In this document: positions 57,337 to 64,000 of the stretch, one piece after another
Layout: each line of letters starts with the position of its first letter
How positions within the stretch are numbered: the first letter of the stretch is position 1
Source: a virus
Lineage: Duplodnaviria; Caudoviricetes
DNA: 64,000 nt
Virus record (IMG/VR): IMGVR_UViG_2687453321_000002
Coordinates: 1 to 64,000 of that record
Strand: one strand, 5' to 3'
Program-made: the position numbers and the translations under genes
Notes under the pieces: generated by a model
The model's database searches: none
What the model was told of the DNA's origin: nothing
The model's input: the letters and a program-made list of their open reading frames with translations, nothing else

Positions 57337-58346
57337 GTACGAAATTGACCGCATACGTGTGGGACGGTTGCGCGGCGGCGGGCATGAAACTGTCCATGGT
57401 AGCCATAATGGCGCGCCTGGCTGACTTTTCCTCGGATGAAGGCCTGTGCTGGCCGTCAGTGAAGACGATCGCCCGTCAGATTGGCGCCAGTGAAAGCACG
57501 GTGAGCGCGTCGCTGGCCAAACTGGAAAAAGACGGCTGGATCACCCGCCAACAGCGCCGGAAGGGCAACCGCAATACCTCAAGCATGACGCAGCTGAACG
57601 TTGAGATGCTTCGCGCTGCTGCAAATTCTCACCCTCCAGAATCTGAGGCATCAAAATCTGATGCATCAAAATTTGATACCTCAAAATCTGACCCGTCAAA
57701 ATCCAGCAATACAGGGCGTTTTGACCCTCCAGAATCTGGATACGATCCGTCAGTAAATTCAAAACATGATCCATCAGATAAAAACACTTTTGGTCAACCG
57801 CCGGCGGCGGCCGACCAGGGGGATGTTGTTTCTGAAGAAATTCACATCACTGATCAGGCCATTCTGGTGCTGAAACACCTGAACCAACTGACGGGCGCCA
57901 AATACACCACTGCCAAATCCACCCTGCAGAACATCCGGGCCCGACTTGTGGACGGACACACGCTAGAGGAACTCAAGCTGGTGGTGGAATTCCTCGTCCA
58001 GCGTTGGCTGGGGACTGAATACGCCAAGTACCTGAACCCGGAAGCGATGTTTAAGCCGGTCAAGTTCCCGGGCAACCTGCTGGCGGCTACAGCCTGGCAT
58101 GACGGCGGGCGGAAGCCTGAGCAAGCCCGTTCGGTGCCGGTGGCCTGTGCAGAGCGTGACGCGGCCTATCGTCGTTTCATCGGTAACAGTCTGCCGCTTC
58201 AAAACCCGGGCGAGCTGGAGACGTTGGCGAGAACTGAGGCCAGCAAAGCCGGCGTGCGCACCATGCAGCCGAGTTACGCAGTGCCGGCATGGAACCGCAT
58301 TTGGGCTGATTGTGCCCAGCGCCTGAACGGAGGGAAGGCCGCATGA
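57333..58346 (+). CDS. Replication initiator (HTH + conserved phage C-terminal domain)
   Basis: ARLADFSSDEGLCWPS; internal 15-bp repeats. Confidence 0.85.
   Translation: MSTKLTAYVWDGCAAAGMKLSMVAIMARLADFSSDEGLCWPSVKTIARQIGASESTVSASLAKLEKDGWITRQQRRKGNRNTSSMTQLNVEMLRAAANSHPPESEASKSDASKFDTSKSDPSKSSNTGRFDPPESGYDPSVNSKHDPSDKNTFGQPPAAADQGDVVSEEIHITDQAILVLKHLNQLTGAKYTTAKSTLQNIRARLVDGHTLEELKLVVEFLVQRWLGTEYAKYLNPEAMFKPVKFPGNLLAATAWHDGGRKPEQARSVPVACAERDAAYRRFIGNSLPLQNPGELETLARTEASKAGVRTMQPSYAVPAWNRIWADCAQRLNGGKAA
57631..57738 (+). repeat. Iteron array (TCAAAATCTG-based 15-bp period), probable origin
   Basis: Tandem tcaaaatctgatgca/tcaaaatttgatacc/tcaaaatctgacccg flanked by two accctccagaatctg. Confidence 0.75.
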
Positions 58347-58585
58347 AACCAGTAACCAAACAAATTTGTGGCGTTACCGTCTTCCCGCTGGTGGCTGTAC
58401 TGCAGCAGCTCCGCCGGTGGTGGTCTATCCGAGGGCTGCGAATCCATTGGGCTGATGATCAGGATCTGCGGCGTATAGCCCGGGAACGCAACTGGGTGCG
58501 CGTACTGACCCAATTCAACATCGAGGCGCGTTATCGCTTTATCAAGCTGCTGGTCACTGCTGAACAGCAAAGGGGGATCCTGTGA
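58343..58585 (+). CDS. Hypothetical protein
   Basis: Coupled between rep and dam. Confidence 0.55.
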   Translation: MKPVTKQICGVTVFPLVAVLQQLRRWWSIRGLRIHWADDQDLRRIARERNWVRVLTQFNIEARYRFIKLLVTAEQQRGIL

Positions 58586-59121
58586 CCGTATATTCAAGCA
58601 ATACGCCAGCAGAGCACAAAGACCGCTGGCAAACCCCGATCGAGATATTCAGCGCGCTTGATGTTGAGTTTGGTTTCTACCTGGACGCTGCAGCAGACCA
58701 CGGCAACGCGCTGTGTGCTCGTTACCTAACAGAGCAGGATAACGCGCTGGCGGTGGATTGGGAGAGCTACGGCGCCATCTGGTGCAACCCGCCATACAGC
58801 GCCATAACGCCTTGGGTGGAAAAGGCCGCGGAACAATGCCGCGCGCAGAATCAGCCGATCGTGATGTTGCTGCCGGCAGACACCTCAACAGGTTGGTTTT
58901 CGTTGGCGCTGCAGTCCGTCGATGAAGTTCGCTTTATTACCGATGGGCGCCTGGCGTTTATTAATTCCGCCACAGGCAAGCCGGGGAAGAACGGCAACAG
59001 CAAAGGCAGTCTGTTGTTCATCTGGCGGCCATTTATCAAGCCGCGGTGCCAGTTCACCACGGTATCCCGCGACGAGTTGATCGGGATCGGCGCCGGTGCT
59101 CTCCGCGAAGTGGCGGCATAG
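58582..59121 (+). CDS. dam: Phage N6-adenine methyltransferase (Dam-like)
   Basis: DRWQTP, LDAAA, WCNPPYS, LLPADTSTGWF. Confidence 0.9.
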   Translation: MTVYSSNTPAEHKDRWQTPIEIFSALDVEFGFYLDAAADHGNALCARYLTEQDNALAVDWESYGAIWCNPPYSAITPWVEKAAEQCRAQNQPIVMLLPADTSTGWFSLALQSVDEVRFITDGRLAFINSATGKPGKNGNSKGSLLFIWRPFIKPRCQFTTVSRDELIGIGAGALREVAA

Positions 59122-59264
59122 GCAGGGGTGACATCATGAAAAATAAGCAATATAGTGATCCACGCGTATCCACTCTTGCAGGGGTAAGAGATGCGCAGGT
59201 TGGTCCCGTCTATTTGCAGATAGCGGGGCGGGACCTGATAAAAATCAGTGTGGAGAATAAGAAC

Positions 59265-60002
59265 ATGAATCAGTTTGATCTGATTGGTGGCGCTTGCGCA
59301 TACCAACCTACCGTTAGCCCATTCGAATTAGCCATGACCAGCCTGGAGATCGCCGAGCTGGTTGGTAGTCGTCACGACAAAGTCAAACAATCCATTGAGC
59401 GATTGGCAGAGCGTGGCGTGATAGCTTTACCCCCAATGGGGGAAAAGGTCACTGCAGGTCGCCCGGCGGCATACTACGTCTTTGAGGGAGAGCAAGGTAA
59501 GCGAGACAGCATCATTGCTGTTGCCCAGCTTTCGCCTGAGTTCACCGCCCGCCTGGTAGACCGCTGGCAAGAACTGGAGCGCAGCCGGCAGAGTCAGCCA
59601 CTCACACAGCTTGAAATCCTTGCCCGCATGGCGACAGAGGCCGCAATCAACGAACGTAAGATGATGGCCCTGCAGCAGCAAGTGAACGGCGTAGAGCAGA
59701 AAATCGAGGAAATATCCTCTGGATCTATCCCCGCTGGCTGGGAAACCGTCCGCAACCTTTCGGCAAAATCTGGCATCTCGAACCAAAAGATCAGGGACCT
59801 GGTCGCCGCCTTTGCCGTACCCAATAAAAAAGTCCCTTTCATGGCGCCTAATGGCATTTTGACGAACGTCACAGTTATCGAAGAATGTGAGTTTGACGGC
59901 GCCATGCGCACCCTGCTTGACGAATCGACTCCGCCGAAGAAGGGGAAATATTGGCAGCACCCGGCGATAGGGCGCTTCGAAATCCGACGAGGCGCAGAGT
60001 GA
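59265..60002 (+). CDS. Rha/Roi-like regulatory protein
   Basis: MTSLEIAELVGSRHDKVK..AQLSPEFTARLVDRWQELE. Confidence 0.85.
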   Translation: MNQFDLIGGACAYQPTVSPFELAMTSLEIAELVGSRHDKVKQSIERLAERGVIALPPMGEKVTAGRPAAYYVFEGEQGKRDSIIAVAQLSPEFTARLVDRWQELERSRQSQPLTQLEILARMATEAAINERKMMALQQQVNGVEQKIEEISSGSIPAGWETVRNLSAKSGISNQKIRDLVAAFAVPNKKVPFMAPNGILTNVTVIEECEFDGAMRTLLDESTPPKKGKYWQHPAIGRFEIRRGAE

Positions 60003-61036
60003 GGCTGCTACTAACACCCTACCTGCAGCGTGATCTGGGCGTAGTGATACTGCGCCCCGGTCGTGAGCTGCTGCATTATTTCAGCAGCCAGCGCCGGTTG
60101 TTGATTGCCAACGAACCAGAAGAGCTAAAACCACTCCCATCGGGTTTGCTGCCGGCCGCCGATCAGGGGCTGGCCAATGATCCGCGTCTGTTGCCATTTT
60201 TCATGCATGAGCGAGTTATTGGTGCCGCTGGTGGTGTTGCTGCGCTGCGTGAGTGGCTGAGCCGCGGCACCGAGTGCCAGTGGCCACATGGCGACGGTTA
60301 TCACAATCACAACATGGATATTCTGGATTATGACGGCTTGCCAGTCCGTTTGTGCTGGCACCATGAACACCTGCTTCGGGAGCAAATCCACCCTACGCTG
60401 GACGCTTTGGCAAAGCAGAATGTTGCGGATTGGCTGGTGTACCGGGCCCGCACGCACTTTCGGTTCAAAGAAGATCACCAGCTGAGCCTGCCGGAATTGT
60501 GCTGGTGGGCCGTGCTAAATGGTGTTTCCGATCTGTTGCCTGATTCGGTGGCGCGCTCGGCATTGCGCCTTCCACCAGCACCAGACGAAACAGGTACGCG
60601 TAAAGAGTCGGATATCGTCTGGGAAAAGGAGCCGAAGGCGATAATCAACGAGCGCGTGGAGAAGGTTAAGCCGGCGTTACTCGTTGATGTGGACCCGGCT
60701 CCGCCGGCGGGCTTTATGCTGCGGCCAAAATTGACGCGCTGGGAATGCGAAAAGTACACCCAGTGGGTGAAGTCGCAGCCTTGCTGCTGTGGTTGTGGAC
60801 TGCCGGCAGACGACCCGCATCACATCATCGATCAGGGCCTGGGCGGCACTGGCACCAAGCCTCACGACATTTTCACCATTCCTCTGACCCGCAAATGCCA
60901 TAACGAACTGCATGATGATGTAGCGGCATGGGAGGCCAAACACGGCAGCCAGCTGTTCCACCTGGTGCGCACGCTGAATAAGGCATTCGGGATTGGGGCG
61001 ATCACCACGGCAAACAAACGCGGGGTAAAGGCATGA
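59999..61036 (+). CDS. DUF968 (YdfU-like) HNH protein
   Basis: VRLCWHH, PELCWWA, ADDPHH, IPLTRKCHNELH. Confidence 0.88.
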   Translation: MRLLLTPYLQRDLGVVILRPGRELLHYFSSQRRLLIANEPEELKPLPSGLLPAADQGLANDPRLLPFFMHERVIGAAGGVAALREWLSRGTECQWPHGDGYHNHNMDILDYDGLPVRLCWHHEHLLREQIHPTLDALAKQNVADWLVYRARTHFRFKEDHQLSLPELCWWAVLNGVSDLLPDSVARSALRLPPAPDETGTRKESDIVWEKEPKAIINERVEKVKPALLVDVDPAPPAGFMLRPKLTRWECEKYTQWVKSQPCCCGCGLPADDPHHIIDQGLGGTGTKPHDIFTIPLTRKCHNELHDDVAAWEAKHGSQLFHLVRTLNKAFGIGAITTANKRGVKA

Positions 61037-61854
61037 ATATTGAAACGGCATTGAAACACTTTAGCCCGAAAAGTTTGCATATCTCTGACACCTCCCGAGC
61101 TACTGCAAGTGAAGATTTAACGGGCACTGACATTATGGCTGCGCTTGGAATGGTAGAGGCGAAAGCTGCATTTGGGATGGCGCTGTGCTTTGGTAAATAT
61201 GGCGTCAGCAAAGAAGACCGGGATCGCTCGGTCGATATGCTAACGCAATTTGCCAGCCAAAATGCGCCCAGGGCGATAAAGCGAGCCGCCGGCGCCAAAT
61301 TAGGCCGTTGTCTGCGCATCATGGCTGCCATGGCCTACGGTGAATTTTGCCGGTCTGCGTTATCAGCAGAATCCTGCTCATGTTGCCAGGGCCGGGGACT
61401 GGTTCGCAAAACTGAGATAAATCGAAACGAGCTGGCGATCCTGTGGGAAGAAAATAAATTCAGAATTAAGAATGGGTTGTGGATGTTGAAGGAAAGCAGC
61501 CAACCACCAGCAAAGACGATATGGGAAGATGTCACTATGGTGGTCTGTCCAGTATGTAGCGGTAAAGGCAAGGTTAGCGCTCGTTGCCGTTGCCAGGGGA
61601 CCGGTACCGTTCTGGATAAAAAGGCGAGTGAACTTAAAGGTGTTCCGGTCATGAAGGAATGCCCAAAATGTAAGGGTAGGGGATTTAAACGGGTTCAACC
61701 GTCAGTCATACACCATGCGGTTAAAAAGCTTATCCCTGAACTGCCTGAGCGTACATGGCGTTATAGCTGGAAACCGTTTTACGAATCGCTGCTTACCAAA
61801 TGCTACCAGGAAGAGAGCGAATTGGAGCGTATTTTCAGTAAGGTCACCCGGTGA
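61033..61854 (+). CDS. Q: Late antiterminator Q (lambda/Qin-type, Zn-finger)
   Basis: LKHFSPKS..LTGTDIMAALG; repeated CxxCxGxG. Confidence 0.88.
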   Translation: MNIETALKHFSPKSLHISDTSRATASEDLTGTDIMAALGMVEAKAAFGMALCFGKYGVSKEDRDRSVDMLTQFASQNAPRAIKRAAGAKLGRCLRIMAAMAYGEFCRSALSAESCSCCQGRGLVRKTEINRNELAILWEENKFRIKNGLWMLKESSQPPAKTIWEDVTMVVCPVCSGKGKVSARCRCQGTGTVLDKKASELKGVPVMKECPKCKGRGFKRVQPSVIHHAVKKLIPELPERTWRYSWKPFYESLLTKCYQEESELERIFSKVTR

Positions 61855-61866
61855 AAAACTGGCCGC

Positions 61867-61959
61867 TTGCAAAAGTTGCCGTTTTTTCCTAATATCAGAC
61901 CTAACGATGGGGTTTGTACGCCCGTTAAAGAAAAGTCCGCCACCGAGCGGGCTTTTTTT
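61867..61959 (+). promoter_or_regulatory. pR' and tR' of prophage 2
   Basis: TTGCAA-17-TAATAT; AAAGTCCGC-caccga-GCGGGCTTTTTTT. Confidence 0.6.
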
Positions 61960-62029
61960 GTGCGCGAATGTAAAGATAACCATATGGTATTGTGTGGTTA
62001 ATGGGGAATGTTTTAGAATTCGCCACCTT

Positions 62030-62106
62030 GGCCCTTTAGCTCAGTTGGTTAGAGCGCACGACTCATAATCGTTCGGTCGCTGGTTCAAGTCCAGCAAGGG
62101 CCACCA
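62030..62106 (+). tRNA. tRNA-Ile2 (CAT anticodon)
   Basis: Near identical to 17037-17113. Confidence 0.93.
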
Positions 62107-62108
62107 AA

Positions 62109-62135
62109 CCGCCATTAGCTCAGCAGGAAGAGCAA
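62109..62135 (+). pseudogene. 5' fragment of the second tRNA
   Basis: Identical to 17116-17142, then similarity ends. Confidence 0.8.
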
Positions 62136-62227
62136 TGACACCATTTCAAATCGACCCGCCTAGTGCGGGTTTTGTCATTTCTGGAGCCTCGACTTTTGTC
62201 GGGGCTTTTCTGTTTCTGGAGTTTGCT

Positions 62228-62713
62228 ATGGCTGAAGAGGTCTGGAAAGATGCTTATGGATATGAAGAGTTTTTCTCTGTTAGCTCCAATGGGCGGATAA
62301 TGAGCAAGCGAACGGGGAAATTACTTCGGCAGTCTACAGGGCACAACGGATATAAATTACTTAGTACCAGGCTGGAAGGACGTGCCGGTAAGTCAATCTG
62401 TATACGCGTTCATCGGCTTGTGGCATCAACTTTTCTGCCTAACGTAAATGGTGCTCCTTGCGTAAACCATTTGGATGGCAATAAACAAAACAATCACGTC
62501 AATAACCTAGAATGGTGTGACCATTCTCGAAATACGAAGCATGCATTCGAGCTTGGCTTGGTAAATCGTAGACCAACAACGCTGACCCTAAAACAACAGA
62601 AATTAGCAATTGAAATGAAACAGAGTCATGGGTGCTCCAACCGACATATTGCTGGGATCATAGGTGTTGGGCCTGGCGTCATTCATCGGTTTGTGCGACG
62701 CGCTCAACTTTGA
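62228..62713 (+). CDS. NUMOD4-HNH homing endonuclease
   Basis: EVWKD..GY..VSSNGRI; VHRLVA..F; VNHLDGNKQNN..NLEW..N..HA. Confidence 0.9.
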   Translation: MAEEVWKDAYGYEEFFSVSSNGRIMSKRTGKLLRQSTGHNGYKLLSTRLEGRAGKSICIRVHRLVASTFLPNVNGAPCVNHLDGNKQNNHVNNLEWCDHSRNTKHAFELGLVNRRPTTLTLKQQKLAIEMKQSHGCSNRHIAGIIGVGPGVIHRFVRRAQL

Positions 62714-63213
62714 CTTGTTGCTGATATGATATTTCGGTAATCTCCAGAAAATGCTTTTCAGCCTGCGATGAAGGGATCCCCGGAGTGGCTTGGAAGCGCC
62801 TCAGAAAGGCGCATTCAGTTTGATATGCACTATCGATCCCTACTTACCCTGGGTGTTCTGAGTGCGCCCCTCTGATGTGAAGTCTCCGCCGAGAAAGACT
62901 GCACCTATTTTTAATCTTGGCTAACCGCGATTTTATGAGGCTTGACTTTACTTGTCTGCCCATCTGAAAGTATTTTTGTTGCAGTGAATCCCACTAAGCG
63001 TCGGGGTGAAACAGCGGAATTTCTAACCAGGAATTTGCTTGAAAGACCACGAGTCACGGTGGCTGACCAACGACTCACTGGGAGGCACCCAGCACTGCAA
63101 CACTGATTTAGGCCCTGGCTAATAGCCGGGGCTTTTGCGTTTTAGTAGAGCAGGTTTCAGCCGTTGGTAAGTAGGGCTGCACTCTTGCTTTGCTTGCTGT
63201 TTCATATTGAGTT

Positions 63214-63233
63214 ATTCTGTACATGTACAGAAT
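63214..63233. promoter_or_regulatory. Probable Phd operator
   Basis: Perfect 20-bp palindrome ATTCTGTACATGTACAGAAT just upstream of phd. Confidence 0.7.
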
Positions 63234-63242
63234 GAGGTGAAT

Positions 63243-63629
63243 ATGAAGACAGTAACTTATACCCAGATGCGTTCTGAATTATCGGATATTCTTGAGCTTT
63301 TGCGGGAAGGAAAAAGCATAACGGTTACTCAAAGAGGTAAACCCGATATTGTGGTCCGCGGTTCATGCGAAGTGAACGAAGCTAACCCCACACTTGGCGC
63401 TATGTCGAAAATTCCGGAATTCAGGGTTTCCCCAGAAATTTCTGAGGGGGTAAAAGAAATGAGCAAACAGCTAAACAACGTTTTGAACTCACCTGGTACC
63501 CGGGAGGCTATAGCCATGGCGGCTAAGATGGCATCAAGGCTTAATTCCCTTCCAGAGGAGTTTGCAAAGGCGCTCTCGCACACACAGAGCAAGCACGCTG
63601 AAATCATCAAGAAACTGGAAGATAAATAA
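63243..63629 (+). CDS. phd: Phd/YefM-family antitoxin (long form)
   Basis: MKTVTYTQMRSELSDIL..ITVTQRGKP; C-terminal helix KHAEIIKKLEDK. Confidence 0.85.
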   Translation: MKTVTYTQMRSELSDILELLREGKSITVTQRGKPDIVVRGSCEVNEANPTLGAMSKIPEFRVSPEISEGVKEMSKQLNNVLNSPGTREAIAMAAKMASRLNSLPEEFAKALSHTQSKHAEIIKKLEDK

Positions 63630-64000
63630 TGGATGAAATCAGGTTTTTATCTGTTGATGAGGTGATCGCAATACAAAATTCGACACTTTCTAATAGCGGC
63701 AAGCCTGACAGTGGCAAGCTGGAGGGGGCCTTGTTCAGGATACAAACACTGAGAGATTACGAAGGATGCCAAGACATTTTTACTTTTGCAGCTATGTATA
63801 TGGTCGCCATAGCAAAATCCCATGCTTTCAATGATGCAAATAAAAGAACGGCATTTCAGGCCGCTAGCGTATTTTTGTTGTTAAACGGCCATGAGCTGAA
63901 TACCTCATTGGAGTTGGTCAAGCTCACTATATTTGCTGCAACCGGAGAGGCTGAACTTGGCGATGTTTCTTTCACATTAAAGATACTTTCTGATTATCGA
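63629..64000 (+). CDS. doc: Doc (Fic-family) toxin, truncated by window end
   Basis: Translates MDEIRFLSVDEVIAIQ..SHAFNDANKRTAF (Doc motif HxFxDANKR). Confidence 0.9.
   Translation, partial: MDEIRFLSVDEVIAIQNSTLSNSGKPDSGKLEGALFRIQTLRDYEGCQDIFTFAAMYMVAIAKSHAFNDANKRTAFQAASVFLLLNGHELNTSLELVKLTIFAATGEAELGDVSFTLKILSDYR

Larger units (their letters stand above)
49131..59256. repeat. Start-associated motif (T)GTGTGGAGA of prophage 2
   Basis: 49131-49140(-), 52185-52194(-), 53556-53565(-), 56130-56139(+), 59248-59256(+); three are preceded by TTGCAG-loop hairpins. Confidence 0.7.
47486..64000. mobile_element. Prophage 2 (SfV/ST64B/e14-like), continues beyond the window
   Basis: int-xis-yfdRQP-cI-cro-ymfL-rha-rep-dam-DUF968-Q-tRNA order. 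Confidence 0.93.

Overview
The window is entirely phage DNA: two tandem, heteroimmune temperate prophages of an Enterobacterales host. The host is probably Serratia-like, inferred from the icd 3' end and an SmfA-like pilin. The prophages join at a duplicated 3' end of icd (att core TGCTGCGCCA, 47486-47495). Prophage 1 (<1 to ~47495) is a nearly complete myovirus-type element with lambdoid early genes: int/xis, recombination, a repressor with no peptidase domain, replication, Q, tRNAs, lysis, head, contractile tail and fibre. Its cargo includes an XRE-ImmA/IrrE protein, an Acb2-like anti-CBASS sponge, two DNA methyltransferases and an orphan fimbrial subunit. Prophage 2 (~47486 to >64000) is an SfV/ST64B/e14-like element running from int through Q, tRNA-Ile, an HNH endonuclease and phd/doc. 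The most striking unexplained signal is that each prophage uses its own repeated translation-start 'barcode' at many early genes: CGAGGTATGACCAATG (9 copies) in prophage 1, and TGTGGAGA, often after a TTGCAG-loop hairpin, in prophage 2. Each also carries a candidate structured RNA exposing the complement of its own barcode (5522-5634 + and 53562-53640 -). This suggests a one-RNA/many-RBS antisense control layer. That model is a hypothesis from sequence only. Family assignments are from recognition of motifs; no database search was run.
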